A stretch of DNA of 24,000 bases, from NCBI RefSeq assembly GCF_039538005.1, contig NZ_BAABBO010000016.1, forward strand, positions 59,974-83,973, written 5' to 3'. Source of the stretch: Allohahella marinimesophila. Lineage in GTDB: Bacteria > Pseudomonadota > Gammaproteobacteria > Pseudomonadales > Oleiphilaceae. Shown here one piece after another: positions 11,633 to 19,478 of the stretch. How positions within the stretch are numbered: the first letter of the stretch is position 1; the number at the start of each line of letters is the position of its first letter. Under the pieces are notes generated by a model, which saw only the letters and a list, made by a program, of their open reading frames with translations, was not told where the DNA came from and did no database searches. The position numbers and the translations under genes are program-made.

Positions 11633-12379
11633 CTAGTGTCGCAGGTCGCGCTCGCTGTCGTCACGGCTGAGATTGTAACCTTCAGTCAGCGTGCCGTTGT
11701 CCTCTGGCCCTCGTCTCGGTGCGTAGTCACGAGGCGCTTCAACATAGCCATCGACGTGCTGCTCATCATAATCGACTGTCTTTACATGCTTTTGCGCTAC
11801 TCTCACGCCCTGAATCGAGCTTGTCGACGTGCCAGGTACCTGAAGCGGTTCTGGCTTGGAAGCAGCCTTCTGTTGCCCCGGACTATTGGACTTTTTCCTG
11901 GCGCCCGAACGATCTGACGAGCTTGAGGCCGCAGCAGAGCTAGGGGCAGCCTCCATTCCGAGACCCTCATAGCCTTCGATGGCGACGTCAGGCGGCAACC
12001 GCAGCCGTTCACGCAGATTTTCAGTGTTGCTGTAGTCGATGTCGTCTGGAGAATCTGCCTTGTTGGCGCGGACTTGTCTGAGCAGGTCGCTGCTGTCGAA
12101 GTCGGCTTCTCCAGCCAGTTTGTTCGCACCCTTGGTGAGGTGGGTGATCACGCTCTCATAATCCTTGTTGAGTCGTTTGATCAACTGGGCGGCTTCACTG
12201 AAGTGATGTGTTACGTCGGCCTGGTAGCGCACGTATTCATCACGCATCTGATCCATCTGGCCTTCGAGCCGCCGTCGCTTGGTACTGCCGGGGCTGGCAG
12301 TCTTGTGCAATACGATGCCGATGAGGAGGCCCACAGCGAAGCTGACGGCTACGCTGACCGCGATCCAGAAAGGAGTCAT
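11633..12379 (-). CDS. zapG: ZapG/YhcB-family (DUF1043) inner-membrane protein with long low-complexity C-terminal region
   Basis: 248 aa. N-terminal TM helix (FWIAVSVAVSFAVGLLIGIVL) followed by a coiled-coil-like segment LEGQMDQMRDEYVRYQADVTHHFSEAAQLIKRLNKDYESVITHL, resembling E. coli YhcB. A PRDY motif lies near the C-terminus. It is divergent from zapE, as yhcB/yhcM are in E. coli. Confidence 0.75.
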   Translation of the reverse strand: MTPFWIAVSVAVSFAVGLLIGIVLHKTASPGSTKRRRLEGQMDQMRDEYVRYQADVTHHFSEAAQLIKRLNKDYESVITHLTKGANKLAGEADFDSSDLLRQVRANKADSPDDIDYSNTENLRERLRLPPDVAIEGYEGLGMEAAPSSAAASSSSDRSGARKKSNSPGQQKAASKPEPLQVPGTSTSSIQGVRVAQKHVKTVDYDEQHVDGYVEAPRDYAPRRGPEDNGTLTEGYNLSRDDSERDLRH

Positions 12380-12509
12380 AGAGGATCCTTTTAGTGCTCA
12401 AAGATGAGTTCAAAGTAGGGTATTATACGCGGCTCGCGCTTGTCGACCAGAACGTCGGCCCGTGCAGCGATGTTCGCCCACCACACCAGCAAACAGGACC
12501 TTCAAAGCG

Positions 12510-13649
12510 ATGTCCAGCAGTACATTAGCACCCCTGCAGAAATACCGCCAGGATCTGGAGTTGGCAGGCTTCAGCTACGATGCGTCGCAGGAAAACGCCG
12601 TAGTTCACCTGCAGAATCTGTATGAGCGTCTCGTAGCGGCCGAAGCTCGTGAAGAGGCGCAAAAAGAGGTGAAGGTTTCGGTTTTCGGGCGTATCAAACA
12701 GCGCTTCAGTAGCCGGCAGGAGCAGACCGAGCCGGAGCGGGGTCTCTATTTCTGGGGCGGTGTTGGCCGTGGCAAGACCTATCTCATGGATACCTTCTAC
12801 GACAGTCTACCCTTCGAACGGAAATTGAGGGTGCACTTCCATCGATTCATGCAGCGGGTGCACCGGGATCTCACCAAGCTCAAGAGTACCGAGAACCCGC
12901 TCGAGATCGTCGCCGATAATTTCGCAAAGGACGCCAGGGTCATCTGCTTCGACGAGTTCTTCGTCAGCGACATTGGTGATGCCATGATATTGGCGACCCT
13001 GCTCGAGGCGCTCTTCAGACGGGGTGTCAGCCTGGTCTGCACGTCGAATATCGTGCCAGACGGCCTGTACAAGGACGGACTGCAGCGGGCACGCTTCCTG
13101 CCAGCCATCGCACTGCTCAACAAGCATACGGAAGTCGTCAATGTCGACGGAGGTGTGGACTACAGATTGAGAACTCTGGAGCAGGCGGAGCTCTATCACT
13201 CGCCACTGGATGCCGAAGCCGAGACTTCGCTTGCGGCCAGCTACAAGGCGCTGGCGATGGACTGTGGGACACATGGCGTGGCATTGAGCATCAACGGCCG
13301 CTATCTTCAGGCCCGACAACGCTGTGACGATGTCGTCTGGTTTGAGTTCAGAGAGCTCTGCGATGGGCCGCGCAGCCAGAACGACTACATCGAGCTGGCC
13401 CGGGAGTTTCATGCGATTCTTATCAGTAACGTGCCGATATTCGACACAGCGATCGAAGATCAGGCCCGCCGCTTCATCAATCTGGTAGACGAGTTCTACG
13501 ATCGTCGGGTGAAGTTGATTCTCTCAGCCGCAGCGCCAATATACGAACTCTACAAGGGGCAGCGACTACGCTTCGAATTCGACAGAACTGAAAGCAGGTT
13601 GCTTGAAATGCAGTCGCAGGATTACTTGTCGGCCGAGCACAAGGCATGA
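12510..13649 (+). CDS. zapE: AFG1-family ATPase ZapE
   Basis: ORF 12462..13649. ATG 12510 (MSSSTLAPLQKYRQDL...) aligns best with the E. coli ZapE N-terminus as I recall it. Walker A is GLYFWGGVGRGKTYLMD and Walker B is VICFDEFFVSD. Confidence 0.9.
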   Translation: MSSSTLAPLQKYRQDLELAGFSYDASQENAVVHLQNLYERLVAAEAREEAQKEVKVSVFGRIKQRFSSRQEQTEPERGLYFWGGVGRGKTYLMDTFYDSLPFERKLRVHFHRFMQRVHRDLTKLKSTENPLEIVADNFAKDARVICFDEFFVSDIGDAMILATLLEALFRRGVSLVCTSNIVPDGLYKDGLQRARFLPAIALLNKHTEVVNVDGGVDYRLRTLEQAELYHSPLDAEAETSLAASYKALAMDCGTHGVALSINGRYLQARQRCDDVVWFEFRELCDGPRSQNDYIELAREFHAILISNVPIFDTAIEDQARRFINLVDEFYDRRVKLILSAAAPIYELYKGQRLRFEFDRTESRLLEMQSQDYLSAEHKA

Positions 13650-13695
13650 CGGGCGCTGCGGCCGGCCATGCCCTGGCTGGGCGAGAGGGTAGGGT

Positions 13696-14871
13696 TTAGA
13701 GCAGCTCTATGGCCACAGCGGTGGCTTCACCGCCACCAATGCACAGGCTGGCAATGCCGCGCTTTTTGCCGAGGCGCTGCAGGCCATGCATCAGGGTCAC
13801 AATGAGGCGTGAGCCAGTGGAGCCAACAGGATGGCCCTGGGCACAGGCGCCGCCGCTGATATTGACCTTAGCCGAATCAAGCCCGAGTTCCTGAATGGCC
13901 AGCATGGTCACCATGGCAAAGGCTTCGTTGATTTCGTAGAGGTCAACGTCATCTGCGCTCCAGCCAGTTTTTTCGAACAGCTTCTTCATGGCGCCAATCG
14001 GCGCGATGGTGAATTCACCTGGCGCCTGCGAATGCGTGGTGTGGGCCACTATTCTGGCCGCTGGTTTCAGGCCATGCTTTGTGACCGCATCCTGGCTGGC
14101 CAGCAGCAGTGATGAAGCACCATCCGAGATTGAACTCGCGTTCGCTGCCGTGATAGTGCCGTCCTTGCTGAAAGCAGGTCGCAGACCAGGAATCTTTTCC
14201 GGACGAGCGGTCAATGGCTGTTCATCACTTTTGACAGTTTCTTCACCAGTGCGGGTCTGAATGGTCACCGGTACGATTTCCGCGTCGAGATCGCCGGCTT
14301 CCATGGCCGAGTTGGCTCGTTTCAGCGATTCGATGGCGTAGTTGTCCATGGCTTCACGGGTCAGCTTGTACTGGTCGGCGACGTCCTGAGCGAACGAGCC
14401 CATGAGTCGACCGCTTTCGGCATCTTCCAGACCATCGAGGAACATGTGGTCCATGACCTTGCCGTGACCCATGCGCATGCCACTTCTGGCTTTCTCCAGT
14501 AGGTAGGGCGCATTGCTCATGCTTTCCATGCCACCAGCGATGACCAGTGAACTGGAGCCAGCAACGATGGCATCGTGGCCCTGCATCACGGCTTTCATGC
14601 CAGAACCGCAGAGCTTGTTGATGGTGGTCGCGCCGGTGGAGTTCGGAAGACCTGCCTGAAGCATGGCCTGACGGGCTGGACCCTGTTTCAGACCAGCTGG
14701 CAGTACACAGCCCATAATGACTTCATCAACCGAGGCGGGATCGATCTGTGCGCGCCGTACTGTTTCACGAATAGCGTCAGCGCCGAGTTTGGTCGCGGAA
14801 CAGCCGGACAGTACGCCCTGAAAACCGCCCATGGCGGTACGGCAACCTGCCACTATCAATACTTCACTCAT
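13696..14871 (-). CDS. acetyl-CoA C-acetyltransferase (thiolase II family)
   Basis: 391 aa. Nucleophile motif INKLCGSGMKAV, NEAFA, His motif CAQGHPVGSTGSRL, and C-terminal Cys motif SLCIGGGEATAVAIE. GGAG lies ~9 nt upstream of the ATG. Confidence 0.93.
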   Translation of the reverse strand: MSEVLIVAGCRTAMGGFQGVLSGCSATKLGADAIRETVRRAQIDPASVDEVIMGCVLPAGLKQGPARQAMLQAGLPNSTGATTINKLCGSGMKAVMQGHDAIVAGSSSLVIAGGMESMSNAPYLLEKARSGMRMGHGKVMDHMFLDGLEDAESGRLMGSFAQDVADQYKLTREAMDNYAIESLKRANSAMEAGDLDAEIVPVTIQTRTGEETVKSDEQPLTARPEKIPGLRPAFSKDGTITAANASSISDGASSLLLASQDAVTKHGLKPAARIVAHTTHSQAPGEFTIAPIGAMKKLFEKTGWSADDVDLYEINEAFAMVTMLAIQELGLDSAKVNISGGACAQGHPVGSTGSRLIVTLMHGLQRLGKKRGIASLCIGGGEATAVAIELL

Positions 14872-14942
14872 TCAATGTGTCTCCAGCTCGGAATTCTCTT
14901 GGAAAAGCCGCAGTCTACAGCGTTTGCGCTGTGACGCAGTTA

Positions 14943-14992
14943 GCAGGCCTGAGCAGAAGCGTCGTCAATAGTCAAAAAGTCTGCAGGCCTGA
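14943..14992. repeat. two copies of GCAGGCCTGA (core palindrome CAGGCCTG), start-to-start spacing exactly 40 bp, in the thiolase/DUF1302 divergent region
   Basis: Read directly from the sequence: 14943-14952 and 14983-14992 are identical 10-mers, each containing the 8-bp palindrome CAGGCCTG. Any function as an operator is inference only. Confidence 0.5.
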
Positions 14993-15090
14993 TTCGGGCT
15001 TATTGTACACGCTGCGGGTGCCAACGTGCAGTAGTGTAGGGAGTCTCAGCCCAGTACCATACAATCGTGCGCCAAGTCCTTGTATTTTTA

Positions 15091-15144
15091 AGTTCAGAAA
15101 TTTTTTTTCTTGGCTTGGAGAAAAACAGCGTTACGGTCTATATT
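15091..15144 (+). promoter_or_regulatory. candidate sigma70 promoter for the DUF1302/DUF1329 genes
   Basis: TTGGAG (15115-15120), 18 nt spacer, TATATT (15139-15144). It is preceded by an A/T tract including T8 (15101-15108), in the position of an UP element. The predicted ~38-nt leader contains A8 and GGAG (15176-15179), 9 nt before ATG 15189. This is pattern matching only. Confidence 0.25.
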
Positions 15145-15188
15145 GGAATTACGATCCAGTAAAAAAAAGTATAATGGAGTAGCGTTCG

Positions 15189-16982
15189 ATGATAAAACAT
15201 TCCCAGCGTCGGTTCGGATGGACTGCGCTATCGGCTGCTATTGCTGCAGCTTCCTCCCTCTCAATGCCGGCTCAGGCGTTCCAGTTCTATCTCGGTGATA
15301 TCGAAGGCTCTCTCGACACAACGCTGACAGCAGGTGCCAGCTGGCGTGTGGAAAAGCGTGATAAGGACTACCTGGCCCAAGGCAGTTTGCCTGGCATAGG
15401 GAAGGGCAGCACTACTGGTTCTTCAACCAACAATACCGACGACGGTAACTGGAACTACGATCGGGGCAAGACCTTTTCAAAGGTCGTCAAAGGCACCACC
15501 GATCTGCTCATGAGTTATGAGAACTTCGGTGGCTTCACCCGTCTGCGCTATTTCTACGACAGAGAGCTGATGGATGAAAGCCGGCCCGCTGACCCGCTTG
15601 GTCAGACGCGCCCATTGAACGATGACACGCTCGATCAGGCTGGTTCTGACGTTCGCTTCCTCGATGCCTATGTCTGGGGTGATTTCTACGCTGGCGAAGT
15701 GCCCATCAACGTCCGTTTTGGTCGGCAGGTGCTGAGCTGGGGTGAGAGTACCTTCATCCTTGGTGGTATCAACTCGATCAACCCACTCGACTTCTCGGCT
15801 GCCCGTTCACCAGGCGCTGAAGTCAAGGACGTACTGCTTCCGGTCAATATGTTGTATACCTCCATCGGTCTCACGGCTGATGTGACGGTCGAAGCGTTTT
15901 ATCAGTTTGAATGGGAAAAGACCCAGGTCGACCCTTGCGGAACTTTCTACTCGACTAACGATACCGTCGCCGATGGTTGCGGACCTATCCTGATCGCAGG
16001 TGAAGTGCCAGAGACTCTGGTGCTGCAGCAGGGTCTGTACAATGAAAGACTTGGCGACGAAGAGCCGGATAACGACGGTATGTTCGGCGCGGCAGTGCGC
16101 TGGTATGCAGCGGCGCTTGGCGATACCGAGCTTGGCTTCTTCTACTATCGCACCAACAGCACGCTGCCTTACGTCAACTTCGTGGGCAACAACCCTGCAG
16201 CGGGCCAGCCCTTCGGGGCGTATCAGGTAGTGTTCCCTGAAGCGATCGATCTGTTCGGTATCAGTTTCAGCACCAGTACCGAAAACGGTTGGTCGATCGG
16301 TGGTGAGATCAGTCACCGACCCGATATGCCTGTGCAGAAGAACGGTTTTGAACTGACGCTGGCCAGCTTGAATGGTGTCGATCCAAATGGAGTGCCTTTG
16401 AGTGCCTTCGGTGATGAATATTCGCCTGGTGGCAAGATTCAAGGGTATGAAGAGTTTGGCATGACTCAAGCGCAGGTCACCTTCATCAAGTTCTTCGATC
16501 AGGTGCTCGGCGCAAGCCGACTCAGCTTTGTGACGGAATTTGGTGCAACCTATCTGCACGGTTTTCCGGATGATGATGAATCACGATTCGGTCGTGACAG
16601 TACCTTTGGTGTTGGCCCACAGCAGAATCCGAATGTGGTCGTCCCCTGTGAAGGTGGTTCGAACAACAATCCTAAGTTCTGTGAAAATGAAGGCTTTACT
16701 ACCGCGCTTTCAGCGGGTTACCGCATGCGTGCCTCGTTGGACTACAACGACGCCTTTGCTGGCGTGAACCTGTCACCGATATTTTCCTGGTCACATGACG
16801 TATATGGCTATGGCCCGATCCTTTTCCGTGAAGGACAGGTAACTACCAGTTTGGACCTGAGAGCGGTATATATGAACAAGTATACTGCGCAGGTTGGTTA
16901 CACTGCCCGTATCGGTGGTGAACCATATAGCGGCGTCGGCGACCGTGATTCCATCGATGCATCAGTGTCAGTTTCATTCTGA
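15189..16982 (+). CDS. DUF1302-family secreted/outer-membrane protein
   Basis: 597 aa. Signal peptide ...AAASSLSMPAQA|FQF. The N-terminal FYLGDIEGSLDTTLTAGASWRVEKRD, the aromatic-rich beta-strand-like composition and the C-terminal ...SVSVSF fit DUF1302 as I recall it. It has the canonical DUF1329 partner immediately downstream. Confidence 0.75.
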   Translation: MIKHSQRRFGWTALSAAIAAASSLSMPAQAFQFYLGDIEGSLDTTLTAGASWRVEKRDKDYLAQGSLPGIGKGSTTGSSTNNTDDGNWNYDRGKTFSKVVKGTTDLLMSYENFGGFTRLRYFYDRELMDESRPADPLGQTRPLNDDTLDQAGSDVRFLDAYVWGDFYAGEVPINVRFGRQVLSWGESTFILGGINSINPLDFSAARSPGAEVKDVLLPVNMLYTSIGLTADVTVEAFYQFEWEKTQVDPCGTFYSTNDTVADGCGPILIAGEVPETLVLQQGLYNERLGDEEPDNDGMFGAAVRWYAAALGDTELGFFYYRTNSTLPYVNFVGNNPAAGQPFGAYQVVFPEAIDLFGISFSTSTENGWSIGGEISHRPDMPVQKNGFELTLASLNGVDPNGVPLSAFGDEYSPGGKIQGYEEFGMTQAQVTFIKFFDQVLGASRLSFVTEFGATYLHGFPDDDESRFGRDSTFGVGPQQNPNVVVPCEGGSNNNPKFCENEGFTTALSAGYRMRASLDYNDAFAGVNLSPIFSWSHDVYGYGPILFREGQVTTSLDLRAVYMNKYTAQVGYTARIGGEPYSGVGDRDSIDASVSVSF

Positions 16983-17030
16983 TACGTGCGGCAGTCACTA
17001 GTCTGGGAACCAACCATACAAGCATAATAA

Positions 17031-17059
17031 TCAGGCGGAACAGGATTGTTCCGCTGATC
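17031..17059 (+). other. intercistronic stem-loop between the DUF1302 and DUF1329 genes
   Basis: ATCAG(G)CGGAACA - GGAT - TGTTCCGCTGAT forms a 12-bp stem with one bulged G and a 4-nt loop. No U-tract follows. GAGGA (17061-17065) and ATG 17072 come immediately after it. Confidence 0.4.
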
Positions 17060-17071
17060 GAGGAAAATTGA

Positions 17072-18460
17072 ATGAGACTTAGAGAGTTAACGAAAACAGG
17101 TCTGACCGCAGGCATGCTCTGTTTCTCACTGGCGGCTTTCAATGCCAGTGCTGCAGTGTCTGAAGCGGAAGCGGCGAAACTAGGCGACACGCTGACCAGG
17201 CTTGGCGCTGAAAAAGCGGGCAATGGCGGCGCGATTCCAGCCTGGACGGGCGAGAAGACGCCTGCGCCAGCTGGTTTCGATGGTGACAATTACATCAGCC
17301 CCTTCGCTGATGAAAAGCCGACCCTCACAATCAACAATCAGAACGCCGATCAGTACAAGGATCAGCTGTCTGCTGGCCAGTTGGCCATGCTGAAAAAATA
17401 CCCTGGCGAATACATCATCAACGTGTATCCGACACACAGAAATGCTGTGTTCGAAGAGCGCGTTTATGAAGCGGCCGTCAAGAATGCCACTACGGTTTCC
17501 TTGTCTGAAAGCAAGAACGGTATTACTGAATACGACACCTCTGTGCCGTTCCCGATTCTGCACGGGACCGATTCAGAGAAAGGTATTCAGGTCATCTTCA
17601 ACCACATTACGCGCTGGCGGGCAGGCTCACTGTCGCGACGCGTAACGCAGATGACACCGCTGGCCAATGGCAGTTTCACGCCGGTCGAGTTCGTGGAGGA
17701 TCTGTCCTATGTTACAGAGCTCACCGATTTCGATCCGAAAACCGTGGACCCCAACATTCTGTTTTACTTCAAGCAGGAAATAACTTCACCGTCTCGACTG
17801 GCAGGTAACGTACTGCTGGTTCACGAAACGCTGGATCAGGTGAAGGAGCCACGCCGTGCGTGGATCTATAACGAAGGTCAGCGCCGTGTGCGTCGTGCGC
17901 CCCAGGTGGCCTATGACGGACCAGGTACCGCTTCGGATGGTCTGCGAACGACAGACAACTTCGACATGTTCAGTGGTGCGCCCGATCGCTACGATTGGAA
18001 GTACCTCGGCAAGCGCGAGATGTATATTCCTTACAACTCCTACGGTCTGATGGACAAGGACAAGAGCTACAGCGATATCATCAAGGCAGGCCACCTGAAT
18101 CAGGATCTGGCTCGTTACGAGCTGCATCGTGTTCACGTGATAGAAGGAAATGTGAAGCCGGGTGCAAGACACATATACGCCAAGCGCGTCATGTATGTGG
18201 ATGAAGATACCTGGCAGATCGCTCTCGTCGATCAATATGACGGACGCGGAGATCTGTGGCGCTCATCTGAAGGCCATGCGACCTACTACTACGACGTCAT
18301 GGTACCCTGGTATACCGCAGAGGCTATCTACGACCTCGTGTCAGGCAGATATCTTGTGCTCGGCCTGAACAACGAGATCGAAAATGCATATGAGTGGGGT
18401 AACAAGCAGAGCTCTAACGAGTTCACCCCGTCAGCACTGAGACGTTCCGGTCGCAGATAG
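17072..18460 (+). CDS. DUF1329-family periplasmic protein (LolA-like 'outer membrane lipoprotein-sorting' annotation family)
   Basis: 462 aa. Signal peptide ...AAFNASA|AV. The family-typical N-terminus is LGDTLTRLGAEKAGNGGAIPAWTGE. Later segments are DNFDMFSGAPDRYDWKYLGKREMYIPYNSY and YELHRVHVIEG. It is paired with DUF1302 as usual. Confidence 0.8.
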   Translation: MRLRELTKTGLTAGMLCFSLAAFNASAAVSEAEAAKLGDTLTRLGAEKAGNGGAIPAWTGEKTPAPAGFDGDNYISPFADEKPTLTINNQNADQYKDQLSAGQLAMLKKYPGEYIINVYPTHRNAVFEERVYEAAVKNATTVSLSESKNGITEYDTSVPFPILHGTDSEKGIQVIFNHITRWRAGSLSRRVTQMTPLANGSFTPVEFVEDLSYVTELTDFDPKTVDPNILFYFKQEITSPSRLAGNVLLVHETLDQVKEPRRAWIYNEGQRRVRRAPQVAYDGPGTASDGLRTTDNFDMFSGAPDRYDWKYLGKREMYIPYNSYGLMDKDKSYSDIIKAGHLNQDLARYELHRVHVIEGNVKPGARHIYAKRVMYVDEDTWQIALVDQYDGRGDLWRSSEGHATYYYDVMVPWYTAEAIYDLVSGRYLVLGLNNEIENAYEWGNKQSSNEFTPSALRRSGRR

Positions 18461-18498
18461 AGCCTGTTGGCAGAATCTGTTGTGATGAGGATGTCATT

Positions 18499-18526
18499 AA
18501 AAAGGAGCCGCGAGGCTCCTTTTTTT
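18499..18526. terminator. bidirectional rho-independent terminator between convergent DUF1329 and acyltransferase genes
   Basis: AAAAAGGAGCC-GCGA-GGCTCCTTTTTTT. The GC-rich 6-bp stem is extended by A/T pairs. A T7 run follows on the plus strand and a T5 run on the minus strand. It lies in the 97-bp convergent gap. Confidence 0.8.
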
Positions 18527-18557
18527 ATGTCTGACGATTTGAGATGGAAAGGGCTCG

Positions 18558-19448
18558 TCAGCCCTTCTTCATGGCTTCGAGCCTGTCATCCTTCTCTTCC
18601 CAGATATGGGCAACCCAGGCCTGGAATTCAGCCTTGAATTCGGGATCGTTCTGGTAATCCTTGTCCTTGAATGACTGCGGAATCCTGATTTCCCGAATAT
18701 CCACCACCACATGATCGAGGCGCCCGGTGAGCAGGTCCCAGAAACTGATGTGTTCGCCAGGATAATGCAGTGAAATATCGAGCAGGGTGTCGAGCTGGTC
18801 AGCCATTGCGCCGATTACGAAGGCGATGCCACCGGCCTTCGGCTTGAGCAGGTGACGATAGGGCGAGTTTTGCCGGGCGTGTTTCTCAGGTGTGTTTCTG
18901 GTGCCTTCCAGGAAGTTGAAAATGGCCGTTGGCGTATCTGAAAAGTGTTCACAGGCCTTGCGAGTCGTTTCGAGATCCTTTCCAGCCAAGGCCGGGTTCT
19001 TTGCGATCTGCTCCCGGGTGTAGCGCTTCATGAACGGGAAGTCGAGCGCCCACCAGGCGATGCCGATGACTGGCACCCAGATCAGTTCCTTCTTCAGAAA
19101 GAACTTCAGAAAAGGCGCTTTTCCGGAGAGCACTGTCTGAAGGACCACTATGTCACTCCAGGACTGATGATTGCTCGTGACCAGATAGTAGTTCTTCGTG
19201 TTCAGATCAGCATGATTGCGGACGTCCCACTTGATGTCGTGGAAGCTATTGAGCAAGAGGGTGTTCACGCGTACCCAATAATCGGCAAAGGCTATGGCAG
19301 CTTTCGTGAGGCCGATCCGGAACCGGCTTGGCGGGGTAACGAGCTTGATAACACCCATGACCGACATTGGTATCACGCAAAGCGTTGTGTTGATTGCGAT
19401 GGTCGTAAAAATGATCGAGCCTTTGATATGGCCGATAAGACGGGTCAT
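18558..19448 (-). CDS. yihG: YihG-like lysophospholipid/1-acyl-glycerol-3-phosphate acyltransferase (PlsC/LPLAT superfamily)
   Basis: 296 aa. N-terminal TM segment. HX4D motif in LVTSNHQSWSDIVVL. WALDFPFMKRYTR and FLEGTRNTPEKH are almost identical to the segments I recall from E. coli YihG. Confidence 0.8.
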   Translation of the reverse strand: MTRLIGHIKGSIIFTTIAINTTLCVIPMSVMGVIKLVTPPSRFRIGLTKAAIAFADYWVRVNTLLLNSFHDIKWDVRNHADLNTKNYYLVTSNHQSWSDIVVLQTVLSGKAPFLKFFLKKELIWVPVIGIAWWALDFPFMKRYTREQIAKNPALAGKDLETTRKACEHFSDTPTAIFNFLEGTRNTPEKHARQNSPYRHLLKPKAGGIAFVIGAMADQLDTLLDISLHYPGEHISFWDLLTGRLDHVVVDIREIRIPQSFKDKDYQNDPEFKAEFQAWVAHIWEEKDDRLEAMKKG

Positions 19449-19478
19449 GCCTGTGTCGTCCTCATGAGAGTGGTCGGG

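Noticed and set aside
8369-13412. Other long shadow ORFs, e.g. 8369-9145 (-) in hisD and 12807-13412 (-) in zapE
   Set aside because: They are antisense to genes with unambiguous catalytic motifs and have no independent signals.
13650-13695. GGCCGGCC palindrome (13660-13667) in the convergent zapE/thiolase gap as a possible terminator
   Set aside because: It is self-complementary without a loop and no flanking U/A tracts are present. It does not form a credible intrinsic terminator.
15016-15033. Minus-strand TGGCAC resembling the -24 element of a sigma-54 promoter facing the thiolase
   Set aside because: The -12 element is absent. The sequence 10 nt downstream reads GT rather than GC, and there is no TTGC.
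15170-15175. Perfect TATAAT hexamer just upstream of the DUF1302 start
   Set aside because: It sits immediately 5' of the GGAG SD. Using it as a -10 element would start transcription about 7 nt before the ATG and exclude the SD. No acceptable -35 lies at 17 bp.
14877-15182. 101-aa GTG-initiated ORF filling almost the whole thiolase/DUF1302 intergenic region
   Set aside because: It spans the AT-rich promoter block. It uses many codons that look rare here (TTA, AGA, AGG, GTA, AGT). I see no SD, and its stop falls inside the DUF1302 SD region. It is most likely non-coding. Ribo-seq would settle it.
15807-16559. 250-aa ORF antisense to the DUF1302 gene
   Set aside because: It is embedded in the DUF1302 CDS and has no motifs. 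It is probably a shadow ORF.
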